DNA of 64,000 bases from Octopus sinensis (taxonomy: Eukaryota). Shown piece after piece: positions 34,252 through 47,308 of this stretch. Below the pieces are notes generated by a model. That model made no database searches, was not told where the DNA came from, and saw only the letters and a program-made list of their open reading frames with translations. How positions within the stretch are numbered: position 1 is the stretch's first letter; every line of letters begins with the position of its first letter. The translations under genes were made by a program, and so were the position numbers. The DNA lies in the NCBI RefSeq assembly GCF_006345805.1, contig NC_043007.1, forward strand, positions 71,486,001 through 71,550,000, written 5' to 3'.

Positions 34252-35829
34252 CTCGAGTCATTTCACATCTCCACATAATACAAAAGTTATAAGCAGTTTA
34301 TATCATATAGTATGTACTATTTTAGACGCCTCCCCAATTAAATGTAAATAAAATTTAATGTGAATCACGATTCTTTCACTTTTGACACATAATACCAAAC
34401 CAGTGCTGATCATGATTATGTGAGAGAATAAAAAACATGTTTTTAGAGGATCATTTTCTTCGCCATTAGACTTTCATGCATAATTTTTTATTAAATTTTC
34501 CAGTGACACATTTTCGATGGTTCAGGTTACAACTATTGTTGTTTTTGGTTAATTTTATCAAGTTCTCAGGTCGATTTGTTCAACTAAACCCTTTAAGGCA
34601 GTGCCCCAGAATGGCTGCAGCCCAATCACTGAATCAAGTTTAATAAAGATAATCTTCTCTACATACCACAAAAATCTGTTTCAGAAAATTTCACTTAAAA
34701 TTGTTTATTTTTAATAAACTTATGACGAAGCAAATTTTTTCATAATGTTAACAAAGTGACAAAGCCAAAAATTTGGGGTAAAGAATCAGTCGATTGAATT
34801 CATGAATTCGCTGCTATTTAGGTTACATCTAGCATGGTGTTTCAGCTGACTAAAAGTTACTTCCTTTGTAATGTGAAAGTGTTCGATGTTGGAGTATTTT
34901 AATTAATAAATTATGTAATTGTCGGTGAGTGGAAGTATCTACTTCATGCATGGGAAACCTTTTATTTGAAGTAAGCTGATAGGAGAGACTTAGTTCATTG
35001 TTATGTGGGCCACACCACTAAAAACATTCAAGGTACAGGTTATCTATGACTGGTTTACTTTTCAGTGTTTAGTAATGTTAATGAATTTATGTATTCCAGA
35101 AAGTTAAAGTGAAGGCTCGAGAATAAGGTGTATGTGATGTTCAACTAGATTTCCTTACAATGAACACGAGCGAGTTATTGGATAGCTAATCATCTAAATA
35201 ATTTTAAACAAAATCTTTGAAAATGCATATCTCTGAAATTTCATGGGGGGAAAATGCTTTATTAAGAAATCAAGTTAGATGATGGTGAACTCTAAGCTAC
35301 AGTTAGGCTGAACTTAGTTACCTGTCTACCTGTTGTAGGTGATTCGGTGGCGATAAGTAATTTTAATTGCTAGTTTTGCTTGATGACTACTATTTATAGA
35401 AATACTGCAAAGTGTATGTTCCACTGCTTTTAAATTTTCATTTTATGGCTTTGGTGGAGAAATATGAGGAAAGGGACATGGGTATTGTTATCCACTAACT
35501 ACAAAAGACTAGATCTGAAGCATTGAAAGAGAAAGAATTCCAAAGACATTGAAAGGTCAGATGTAGATATTAAACAAGTCCAGTGATTTCAGCTTACCTC
35601 CCAGTAACTTGAAGTCACGTTCAATTACTGTTGGGAGTAATTTCAAATCAATTTCATCCTATTCTTTTTCATTCCAAATTAACCACCTCAAATTCCCTTA
35701 TTGGAAAATGAAAAAATTATTATTATTATTATTATTATTATACAAGATGGCAAGTTGTCAAAATCATAAATTTGAACACTATATCTCATGTTTGAGAAAA
35801 AACAAAACATTTTACATTTTATTTTTTAT

Positions 35830-35858
35830 GAATGCTGTGACTTACTCACCCTCCCTCT

Positions 35859-35889
<31 letters not shown>

Positions 35890-36378
35890 TTTGTCTTTAC
35901 CTTTTTTTTTTGTTAGATCGCTGTCAAACTCCCTGCCTCTCTTCCACTTTTCTTTACCTTGTTTTTTGTTAGATGCTCTCAAACTATCTCCCACTTTTCC
36001 TTACACATACTTTTTCTTTACTATTTTTGTTAGACGTTGTGAAATACTCTCTCTCCCTCACACACACACACACACACACACATACATCAACACACAACTT
36101 CTCTCTCTCCCTCACACATACACTTTCGCTTGGCTATGGCTAGAAGGGACTTAACTCATGTTAGCAACCTTCAAAATTGGGAAAAGCTATGGCTGAAAAT
36201 AGATTTTTACCGCTATCCACGGGTGCCTCGGGGAAAAAATAAGTTGAAAAAACCCAGGTAGGATGTTGACGAATGTCCTCCTAAAATTGGAGCGACATGC
36301 ATGCTAATTTGTGGACGAGCATAAATTACAATCACGTACACACACACATACACATCGTACCTTTTTATAGATACAGAT
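35830..36378 (-). mobile_element. Non-autonomous Helitron-like element
   Basis: Minus-strand start TCTGTATCTATAAAAAGG then (GT)n; internal ttaga... subrepeats with (CT)n/(CA)n. Confidence 0.35.
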
Positions 36379-36884
36379 GTCAAGATTCATTTCGTAGTTG
36401 CAACGTGTGTTAGTACGTATGTGTATGAGTCAACCCTTTTTTTTTTTTTTTTCCATATTAAATTCAAATGTAATTGTAATCTACATACTCTGAAAGATAT
36501 TTATATAAAATTTCATTTAAAAAAAAAATTACCTATTTTTCCGAAAGTTATGAGTAAAGAAAACCGTCTCGTATGAATTTTCTGAAACTTCTCTCCCCAC
36601 TCTCGCAAAATCGCACATATTTAGGTATAATCAGAATCTATGTCATCCAAAGCATATTTGAAGAAAATTTCAATAAAAAGATTTTCATTTTTCTGGAAGT
36701 TATGAGGCAACAAATTCAGTTATTTCTGGAAGTTATGAGGCAAAAAAAAAAAAAATTAAAGAAAAACAATAATTTGCAAGAAAATGGTGGTTGAGGGAGG
36801 AAGTCTTTCCGAAAATAGTAGCTGAAAAATAGGAAAAAAAAAAAAAAACTAAAATCAGTAGAAATGCACAAACGATTATGGTGG

Positions 36885-37228
36885 TGCCGTGAAGTAAACA
36901 TGCTTCAAATACGCTTGTTTATTCATATGAATGTAACTGAGATGAAATATGTCATAAATAACAGTGACAAACGAAATATACACTACCGGAAGTTGTTGAC
37001 AAACAACAGCTGTGATTTTAGTTTAGCTGAATACACGTCATTGATTGGTTGAAATTACCAAAATATGACAACTTTAACATGAAATAACTTCGTAAATATA
37101 AAGTTTTCTCAAAAACGCTAAGCGTAAAAGATGTTTTATGTGACACATTCTACCAGTATACAAAGTTTGGAAGTATTTAGTTTCAAAAAATTATTTTCTA
37201 AATCTGCCGGTCAAAATGTAAAGATCCC
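36885..37228. mobile_element. Single arm of a GGATCTTT-ended MITE just upstream of the probable GNPNAT1 promoter
   Basis: Ends ggtcaaaatgtaaagatcc; similar to 9140-9388. Confidence 0.7.
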
Positions 37229-37481
37229 CATAAAATTTACGAATGAAATTACATTTGCGAACACTTATCACCGGGGCATTTCATAAACTACGAGTGATGC
37301 TCCGACACCAACAATACCACGTCTTTTATCATTTACTTGAGATCGCTTCCCGACCATGGCAGAAATATTACAGTGATTATATATAATAGCATTAATAAAA
37401 TTGCAAAATGTGGAATGGCTTTCGGTATCATTTCCGTTGCTAAAAATACTGCTGGAAGCGTTGTACTATGTTTGTGCAGGC

Positions 37482-37484
37482 ATG
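37482..37484 (+). CDS. GNPNAT1: Probable first coding exon end of GNPNAT1 (ATG only, preceded by 5' UTR)
   Basis: gcaggcATG|GTAATT followed by T-rich intron-like sequence; phase 0 fits the next exon, giving MNNIYYLFDPK. No other suitable ATG exon was seen before 46237. Confidence 0.5.
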
Positions 37485-37840
37485 GTAATTTTTTTTACGT
37501 GTCTGTATTATTTTCATTTCTTACTTTCCTGTTTGCGTAGTTTGCATTTTTATTATCATTACATTCATTTCTTTCTGATTTTGTCGTTACTTCTATTTGT
37601 AACTTTAGTCTCTTTAGCATTTTACTTCCACATTTTTACATCTTAAAATACTTACTAAATATGTGAATAACACCCTGCTCCTCTCTCTCTCACTCCGTTC
37701 AATTTCAACATATTTTTGTGATGTTCTGGGATACATTATCATTCATAATTTTCGTAGGGTCGTTTGTGATTTCGCTTCTTTTAACATCAGCCGTTCACTG
37801 CCAAGTTGACCAAACCAGGTTGATTAAGTTCTTGTTTGCA

Positions 37841-38247
37841 TGCATGGCTGTGTGGTAAGAAGCTTGCTTCCCAACCACATGGTTCCGGGTTCAGCCCCAC
37901 TGTGTGGCACCTTGGGCAAGTGTCTGACCAAGGCCTTGGGTGTGGGTTTGGTAGACAATAACTGAATAAGGCACATTGTATGTGTATACACACACACATA
38001 CACACATATAAATATATATATGTATATTTGTGTCTGTTTGTCTCCCCAGTCATCGCTTGGCAACCAATGTTGGTGTGTTTACATCCCTGTAACCTAGCAA
38101 TTCAGCAAGAGAGATTGATAGCATAATTATTAGGCTTACGAAGAATAAGTCTTGGGGTCTATTTGTTCGACTAAAAAACCCTTCAAGGTGGTGCCCCAGA
38201 ATGGCCACAGTCAGATGACTGAAACAAGTAAAATAATAAAAGAATAT
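37841..38247 (+). mobile_element. SINE family A
   Basis: Head and tail match 16234 copy. Confidence 0.85.
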
Positions 38248-39425
38248 AGCTTCTGAGTCCAATAAGTTGGAGGGCTACATTATATTTCGATGTCTACTTC
38301 AACACGATTTCTGTAGCTGGAGGCCCTTCCTAGTACCAACCACTTTACAGAATGTACTGTTTCCTTTTTGTGTGGCACCAGAACTAGTGAAGTCGCCTTG
38401 CAACCCATGAGACTAAGGTTCTACCTGACCACTATAACTGGGGTAATGAGGAAGGTAAGATGAGAACTGATTTATAGTAGTAAGTGGGTGGTGATGGAGT
38501 GAGGAAGAGATTAGAGATAATTGTGGGAGGGAGCATAGCAGGAACTGAGTGTTGGTAATGAATGTTCTGCACAGTGTTCAAGACATAACTGTCCGTTCAT
38601 AATACAGTTTCCGATGCCTTTTCTCCTCACAGAAAGTAGTTCTTTCTGTCTCTGGCACTGAAATTACTAAGCAAGACAAGCTTGTCTTTAAGTAATATTT
38701 TGGAAAGAACAACCTTCAGTTGCTGATAATATTGGTTCTTAATGTCATCATCAGTGTCAAGAATTGGTGCACACCTTGATTTTTGGTGCAGTTATAATCC
38801 ATACTGTCATGTGACCTAACATGCTGACATAATCTATAAATGTTATCCATGCTGTCACGACACAGTCACTGACCGTGATTGTTGACGCAACTATATTTCA
38901 TATAGTCATATAGACCTTGTGACCAGTTTCAACCAACTAAACTGCACCTCAACTGATGGCAGTTTGAGCCATACTCTTTCTGTAAAAAGAAGCAAATTTT
39001 TAAACTGCAGTGAGAATAAGACAAATACAGTATAGTTTCATGTCCATCTATCTCACACAAAGTTTGAAAATCATGTAACTTTGAAACTGATGAAGAAAAT
39101 ATATATATATTGTAAAAATTTTAGATATATTTTCAGCCTTTCTTTACTAAAGCTTCTTTGTATGGAACAAAAGGAAAAACCAAAATTTCCTGTGATGTGT
39201 GTAGTGTGTGTGCAAAGAACATATATCAGGAATTAAATTAAAGCAGATTAATTTGTTTTTAATTTTTATAATGAAATTCCAAGCTTAAATGAATAAACTT
39301 TAACAATATCTATTTTGCCTTTTGTTGAATAGAACTACACATTCTAGATGATTCCAATATGTTTGAGTCACATAAAGGCACTAAATTTTATCTGGTAGTA
39401 GTGAAAGTGTTCATTGCATTAACTA

Positions 39426-40256
39426 CAGTCAACTCACGCTACTATGCCAGTTTTGCACGGTCCAGGCCAAATAATAAACAAAAAATTTTTACTATGCCAC
39501 CCTCAACTCTCGCTACTATGCCACTTGTAAACTGAAGCGTATGCAACTTTTCGAAATTTTGTACTCCTACATTTTGTACATTTCGTATTTGTAATCTTGT
39601 GGAAAAGTTCAGAAAGTAGCACACAATGTCAGCTCAGAAACGCAAGCAGACTGAGTTTACGCTGAAGGAAAAGAAGGAGATTATCGATGCTGCGAAAAAC
39701 GTTATTGTCGGGCCCCTCGTATCATTAGTAATATCTGATACAAGTTACCGCCCCTTGTATTGTCCGACATGTTTCACTCTAGAAGAAATAGCAAAGGAGG
39801 TAATGCATAACGAAGAGCTGGTGGAAAGTGAAGATGACGAGGTAATTGTGGAAGAGGAATACGTTTCGTTTGCAGATGCCCAGAGAGCATGGAGTACTAT
39901 CCGAAAGTTTATGCAGCAGCAGAGCAGCGGAAAACCCAGCGTCATGCAGGCGTGTGATAGGCTAGACAACGAAATGAATGAAATCCCCCGAAAGAAGATG
40001 CGTCAGCCGACAATTTTTGAGAGCTTCGGGATTAACTAAAAGCAATCTGAACTTAATAAACTTGGAAGTCTTCTTCTTACCATTGCATTGAACTTCTTAT
40101 TGGCCTTACTTCCTACCCTATGAATTTTTATTCGTATGTTCAGTAAATTTTTGGTTATGTAGTGTTTAGATAACAGACCCTCGGTACTATGCCACTCTCG
40201 GGACTATGCCACTTTGGCTCAGTCCCACAGGGTGGCATAGTAGCGAGAGTTGACTG
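39426..40256 (+). mobile_element. Internally deleted pogo/Tigger-type element with TIRs, TA TSD and a 137-aa fused ORF (39626-40039)
   Basis: TA|CAGTCAACTC.CGCTACTATGCCA ... TGGCATAGTAGCGAGAGTTGACTG|TA; ORF starts RKQTEFTLKEKKEII (CENP-B-type HTH) and ends VSFADA...KMRQPTIFESF. Confidence 0.88.
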
Positions 40257-40410
40257 TATCAGAAAGTTAATTAATAATATCTAATAGGAAAATGTGCAGG
40301 ATGTATATGTCTTGTAGAAATATTGCTTGATTAATTAAACAGTATTATTAATTTAATCCTTTTAACTATTTTGCTGCTCTCTTTTGAACATTGAGAAAGA
40401 CCCTCTCTCC

Positions 40411-40600
40411 CAGTGGTTCTCAACTGGGGTCCATATAAGACTTTGTTGTTAAAGTTTATTCTTCTACAATGCATGAGATATTTTAACAATTTTTTTAATA
40501 CAATCCCTAATAATTTCTAATTATAAAAATATAATAGGATTTTTTTTTAACATTGGGGTTCAGTAGAGTTAAATAGGCAAAAAATGATTGAGAACCACTG
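40411..40600. mobile_element. hAT (Charlie-like) MITE
   Basis: TIR CAGTGGTTCTCAA / TTGAGAACCACTG; decayed 8-bp TSD ctctctcc / atctatac. Confidence 0.8.
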
Positions 40601-41408
40601 ATCTATACCAAAATATCAGAATGTATTATTTAAAAAAAAATTAATTATAATTTTGGCTTTATTATTTACTTCCTTTAGATTTTGATCTGAAAAATATTTT
40701 TAAAAGAATACTGGTCAGAATCAACAGAACTAAATGGTGAAGGAACCATAATACAGTGGCTGCCGATGAGCTTAGGAGGGAAAACAGGGTATGTGGCATG
40801 TGCATGATGCAAGTTGTAGTCGATAGCTGATGATAATGATGATATATTGTGCATGTGTAAGAAGTATAAGGCTTCTCAAATTTTATTTGGAATGATTATA
40901 ACATTTGATGATGCTCTGAGCTCTCTATGGACAACAGGTCAAGCAAACATTCTCTTGATGAGAACGGATCATGAGTAATGTTCAGTACAGTCTCCCCTTT
41001 CACTACAGATATGAAGTAGTCATCTGCACTGGTAGATGTTGAAGAACAACCCAAAGAAAAGATAATTTAGCATCTTAAGAAAATGCTGGTACCTCATGGG
41101 TTTACCTTACAATGGGAAAAATTATCGAAGAACTTGAAAAGCCACAGACTATTCTGCTCTCGCAAAGAAATAATGTTTACAATTTCATGACTTCTATAAA
41201 AACAACCTAAAGTTTCAGTAGTCTAGACCACTTAACTGTAAATAGATTCCATTGAATGGAATGGTTTACTAATGTAAACTGTCAGGTGTACAGTGAAATT
41301 TATGAATTGTGGTTTGAAGGGATGTAAATAAAATTGTTCTTATCTTGACTTGCAATCCAGTACTGCTGGCAGATTGATCAATTCTTCACTTGCATTGTCA
41401 CAACTTCT

Positions 41409-41717
41409 GTTTGTTGTTTGTTCCTTCTCGAGCCATGCCTGGCTCGTAAGGGCCAGTTTCCCGGTTTCCTTGGCGTATAGGTTCCCCACCTGGACGGGAT
41501 GCCGGTCCGTCGCAGGTGAACTGCAAGATGCAGGAGGAAAGAGTGGGAGAAAGTTGTGGCGAAAAAGTCAGCAGAAGTTCGCCATTACCTACTGCCTGAG
41601 CCGCGTGAAGCTTAGGTGTTTTGCTCATAAACACACACATCGCCCGGTTTGAGATTCGAACCCACGATCCATCGACCGCGAGTTCGCTGCGCTAACCACT
41701 AGACTATGTGCCTCCAT
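41409..41717 (-). mobile_element. SINE family D inserted in the 3' LTR, 15-bp TSD
   Basis: attgtcacaacttct at 41394-41408 and 41718-41732; tRNA-like head tagtggttagcgcagcgaactcgcgg...ggttcgaatc. Confidence 0.92.
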
Positions 41718-44714
41718 ATTGTCACAACTTCTCTATCTTCACGACTAGCCTCTGTCACTGCTCACATCCCCAGGAAAAACCAAACTTGGGGAAAAAACTT
41801 TGCTTCTCATTTGCTGACGTGACGTCATCTCTTGTCGCTTCCAGTCTTCCACCATACGCTCCACCTGATCTAAAGATCACTGCTCCCCTGTTCTATCTCA
41901 TTATCATCCATCCACCTGGTGGGGATGACGTTCCCATAGAGATCTCCGTAGAGTCTTGGTGCTGCCTTCCCCCTCCCCTTCGTCATCGGAAGAGCTAATC
42001 ACTCTTTCAATATCTAGGATGTGATGCAGTATTCCATCCACTGATATGTTATTTGTAGCACTGATTGTGGTCGCCTTTCCTTTTTCCCACTCATTGTGCA
42101 CTAAGCGTCCGGTGGCTTCAACCACACTTCACACCAACCTGCAAAGATGTAATGCCTTCCACTTCTCGCTGCTGCAGCACTACACTTAGGTGTCTCCACT
42201 TGTATTGGAATATGGTCCTGTGCGGGACCAAGTATTTGGCTTGCTCTACTCTGGGCGACATGTTATACCAGAAGGCTGCCTCCATTGGGGAGATTCATCC
42301 CTTCTCAGCCATGGCTTTAATTGCATGGGGGTGTCATTCCACAATCCCATTTCCACCTTGGCCTGTATGCAGCTCTGAAAAAACCTCACGTGCTCCATCT
42401 TCTAAGCATCTCTCTCAGCTGCTCTGAGCAAAAAACTGTAGTTCGTCTATAGGCCCTCTTTCCAAAAACACTGCATTCAGTACCTCTGTAACCTCAGCAG
42501 CAGCAGTCTCTGCCTTGATTTCTCTCCATATAGCCATTCACCCTGGTTCACAGTCAACCATTGAAAGGTACACCTTTCCCTGATAGTATGTCACATCAAT
42601 GGCCAGCCTCTTCCAATCTTCCTCTACTTGAATCTTGCCTGGTTCGTGTGTGTTCAGGGCAGGATCAATCAAATGGCACTTGTTACGTTGTAATCCTCCT
42701 TTCTAAGCCATGTTGCGTCTTCCAACTTGACACCTATTTCCAGCATGACTCCCAATGCTATGCTGCTTGTATCGCACCATATGATCCCTTTCTTTGTATC
42801 AGGCACGTACTAGCCAACTCTCACTGGATCCTCTGCTCGCACTCTCTCCAAGACCTCTTGCATCATCATCACCATCATCTTCTCTCCCACTTTATCACCC
42901 CAGTTCTCTCCTCCTGCTCACTTTTTGAGATGGCTACATGCTGTTCAGAGCCATCCTATGACAGGTTCATGGCCCACCAACTTCCCACATATTGATAATA
43001 GTTCTGCAGCGTGGAAGGTGTTTGTAAGCCATTTAAGAAACACACAAAAGCCCGTTCGATTCACTTCAACATTTAAGTTTAATTTGTCAAAATATTTTCG
43101 TCGCTTTAAGAAAAAATTATTTTGACAAATTAAACTTAAACTTAAATGTTGAAGTGAATCGAACGGCTTTTGTGTGTTTCTTAAATGGCTTACAAACACC
43201 TTCCACGCTGCAATTGTTTTTGTTTCAGCACACGATCTCAGATCAAATCACTTGCTATGCAAGTACATCTCCGATAATAGTTCTCACTTATTCATATTCT
43301 GTTTCAAATCTGGGATCTTGTTTTCTCTGCGAAACACAAGCCTACCTACTTTGTCTCTTTTGAGCCCAAGCCCCAGCATTATACCTCTTTCTATACTCTC
43401 AGGCGGTTTTGCTGTCAGCCTGAACCTCCTTAGATGGTCTGCGATTTCCTCTCCCGGTACCACATTTTCATCTATTAATATATCGTCAATATATGAGCTG
43501 GTAGCCTGCTCCACTTTGGCCTCTTTGCCCAAAACCATCTTGAAGACCTTTGCCATGATCTTTGGCACAGAACTCAACCCAAAACCCAGTTGAGTCAGGC
43601 AGTATGTTCTGCCCCTGTACCTCCCAGTTGGTACCTTCACAACTTCTCTGATACATGGAACTGCAGATAGGCCAACTTGGGGTAGACGGTCATAGTTACT
43701 CTCCTCATTCGCCTGCACTCATGAAGGGTTTCTCCACATATATCTGCTGCCTCGCCACCCATATGATAGGACATATTTTCATTCAGTTCCCTGAAGACTA
43801 GCACCATTCGAACCTTATTTTTTGTCAGCTGAACCATAGCCATCAATGGCAGCACATTGCCCATCGTTTCTTCACTCCATGGCATCAGAATGCCTTCCTC
43901 TATCCACCTGTTCACCTCTGTCTTGAACTCAAACCTGACACTCAGGGTATACTCGTAGCAGCTCCTTTCAGGGTATACTTGTAACAGCTCTCCTGTTTCT
44001 CAATATGGAAGGTTCTCCTTTCAAGAACTACTACACTGTCCATCTTTTGCCATCAAACTCAGCACAGAAGTCCTCATCCTCAACAGAAAACTCTCTCTGG
44101 GCCAGTAATTTATCACTCTTATGGTCTTCTTCCTCCGCTTCACACTCGCAGCATGCAGCACACCAGTCACCAAATTCTATTCCTGCCCCGCCAACCATCA
44201 CGTCTCCCAATAGTATGATCATGTCCATTCCGACCACTACATTGACGCTGTCCACTATCTCATCAACTAAAAGCCAACTTCACCATTCATCCATCCCATC
44301 ACTACTCCAGTAAACCCTGCCAGGCCCACCAATCTCCTAATCTCGCTCACATAATTATCTATCAGTTCATCAGTCCATCTAACCTTCCTGAGCTTGCTGT
44401 AGGCTTTAAAAGTTTTCTCCGTGTACGCTTCTTTCAGCCACTGTTCAATTTTTTCAACTTTCTCTTGGTCTGCCTCATTCATCTCCAGGTAGAGATTCAA
44501 TGCATTGCCTTCTAAATACAGTGGCATAAGACTTGTCACATCTTTTATTCCCTTCAGCTTCACCACTAACCTCACCATCTTTATCCAGGCCACCCATTCA
44601 CCTTCCCTGTTGAACAGTCTCAACATATCATTTCCAATTCTGATTTTTGTGGCCATTACAAACGAAGAACAAAAACAACAAAAAATTATGAATTATCTAC
44701 TTCTCAGACATATC

Positions 44715-45051
44715 TTTGTGAAGGCGCATGGCTCAGTGGTTAGAGCGTCGAGCTTACGATCGTGCAGTTGTGAGCTCGAATCCCGGACCGGGCTGCATGT
44801 TGTGTTCTTGAGCAAGACACTTTATTTCATGTTGCTCCAGTTCACTCAGCTCTAGAAATTAGTTGTGACGTCACAGGTGCCAAGCTGTATCAGCCTTTGC
44901 CTTTCCCTTGGATAACACTGGTGGCGTGGAGAGGAGAGGCCGGTATGCATGGGCAACTGCTGGTCTTCCATAAACAACCTTGCCTGGACTTGTACCTGGG
45001 AGGGTAACTTTCTAGGTCCAGTCCCATGGTCTGTGTCGTGACCGAAGGGGG
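44715..45051 (+). mobile_element. tRNA-derived SINE family C, 13-bp TSD
   Basis: tctcagacatatc at 44702-44714 and 45052-45064; gtgttcttgagcaagacactttatttc core also at ~55995 and ~58460. Confidence 0.9.
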
Positions 45052-46236
45052 TCTCAGACATATCCTCACAGTTGGCCTGCAACAACATGCCAAAATAACT
45101 TGTGGTTTGAAGGCGCATAAATAAAATTGCTCTTACCTCGACTTGCAATCGGGTACTGCCAGCAGATTGATCAATCTTTCACCCGTATTGTCACGAAATC
45201 TCTATCTTCACAACTAGCCTCTGTCACTGCTTGCATCCCCGGGAAAAACCAAATGCAGGGAAAAACTTTTGTTCTCACTCACTCACATGACATCATCTCT
45301 CGTTGCTTTCAGTCTTCCTTCCACCGTATGAATTCCACATTAACTTGTTGTACCCAGTTCAATCCTCTCCTTGGTGTACATCTTAATAAAAACCCCAACC
45401 CTAACAACACCTCCCTCCATCATCAAATTTTATAAACATAGTTTAAGAATATATTCAAATTATTGAGAGTGAGGGATGCACTTCACACTTATAGCCTACA
45501 CAAACTAGATATTATCATTGTTACATGGACTTTTATATGTGGTCGCTTGGCCTGTTAGAAATAGCTGCCAAATCTCCCTCAAGTCTTGAATAGTGAGGTC
45601 ACATGGGATAATGTTGTCTCTCATATTCAAAATGATGGGGATGGTCAGAGGTGGAATGTTTGTGAACATAGGTCTGCTCCATCTAATTGATTTGAAGCTA
45701 AATGTTTGGTTATGTTGATATTGGTTTAAAAGATTCTTCCTCATAATGTTTATTTGTTTTATGGAAAGTAATTTTCCTTTTCAGCATTTGTGTACTTGGA
45801 AAGCTACTCTTTCAGTAATAGTTCACATTTCATTTAGTGTTAATGCTTATAATATCTTTTTTATTTAAAAGATTGACAAATTGAAGTGCAATGACATATT
45901 TTGGATACAATCTTTCTTGTATCTTGTATCTTTCTACTAAAGGAAATGGACAATCTAAGCAAAAATGACATGATATGAGAAGAATCTCAAAAAATTATCT
46001 AAATAAAATCTATGAAAAAAATAATAATAATGAAAATTTCCACAATTAATTTTTCTTTGTAGAATGAAAAATAATGCTAGAAGCAAAATATTTCTTATTT
46101 GATGTAGCTGTAAAATATAATAAGATATTGTTTTTGGTATTATATAGGAAATAGTCTTCATTAATTGGAGATTGGTAAACAGTTTTGGTGATGACATTAT
46201 TTTGTTAATTTTTCTTCCTTTCTTTTTTTTTTACAG

Positions 46237-46372
46237 AATAACATTTATTATTTATTTGATCCCAAATTGCTGGATGACATCAACACTTGTAACTTTGTTG
46301 GGAAAATCACACTGGAAAATTTAGGAAGCCATTTAAAAGTGAGGCCATTATGTTTATCTGATTATGAAAAGG
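46237..46372 (+). CDS. GNPNAT1: Glucosamine-6-phosphate N-acetyltransferase, coding exon 2
   Basis: tttttacag|AAT ... AAG G|gtaagc; NNIYYLFDPKLLDDINTCNFVGKITLENLGSHLKVRPLCLSDYEK(G), matching the GNA1 N-terminus (FDP.LL...L.LRPL..D..KG). Confidence 0.9.
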
Positions 46373-46891
46373 GTAAGCTTTTGATAATTTTATTTCACAT
46401 CAAAATAGACACCTGTTGTATAAAATTGATAATACTTCAGATAAGTCATTTCAAGAGTTTCATTTCTTAATTAATACTTTAGTGACAGAGGAATTAGATT
46501 CCTGGTAAACAGGCACCAAACTTGTTTTTCCCTTAAAAGCATAATTTCACATAAGACAATACCTACAACTTGAAATGGTATTTTCATTCCATACACAATT
46601 ATTATTGTATGAAATCCAAGAGTACTGACATGATGCATTGCTATAAACCAAGCTCTTATTTTACTTTCTTATTTAGAGCATATTTACATCAGAGATATTT
46701 TTGTCAACTCCTCAGTATTTATCATTGAACTGGGAATGGTTTGGATTGATTGTATAATCCGCTCTCTCCTGAATATATTGTGGTTGCCATTGTTGAAAGA
46801 GTTAATGTATTTGAAGCGAGAGGGTTCAAATTTTCAAATTAGTTTTTATTCCAATACAGGCTTTATTCTGTTCTCTCATACAAAACATTTC

Positions 46892-47308
46892 GGATCTTTT
46901 CGGTTTGAACGGCAGTTTTTTCTAGTGGTGTCATATGAAATTGTCACCCATAATTATGACCCTAGTATCGATCTATTGCATTTCAATCTGTTTTAGAGTT
47001 AGGGTTAGGGGTGGGGGGAAGGGTATATTTTTTTCTTCACAAATGTAAATAAACCCAATCTGTTTCTTAAACGAGGGACATATTCATACGGCACAGAATG
47101 TTTTTTACCTCAATAGATGTCACTGATTGGTTGAAATTGCAGAAATTGAAGAATAAAAACAACAAATATCTTACAAACTATAGAATTTTCTCAATAAAGC
47201 CAAGAGAAAAAGATGTTTTATAAACACATTCTACCAGTATTCGAAGTTTAAAATTTTTTAGTTACCTAGAAATTATGTTAAAAACTGCCGTTCAAACCGA
47301 AAAGATCC
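46892..47308. mobile_element. GGATC-TIR MITE, 8-bp TSD AACATTTC
   Basis: Perfect TSD at 46884-46891 and 47309-47316. Confidence 0.93.

Larger units (their letters stand above)
41308..45339 (-). mobile_element. Degenerate Ty3/gypsy LTR retrotransposon with both LTRs (45339-45101 and ~41864-41308)
   Basis: gag ORF 44656-44267; RT with TYCLTQLGFGLSSVP...SSYIDDILID; LTRs colinear at roughly 80% and end in ...ccttcaaaccaCA; no TSD recognisable. Confidence 0.88.

Noticed and set aside
41640-41717. tRNA genes at SINE heads (also 16234, 44722)
   Set aside because: Only A/B-box-like heads fused to SINE bodies with TSDs; no complete cloverleaf.
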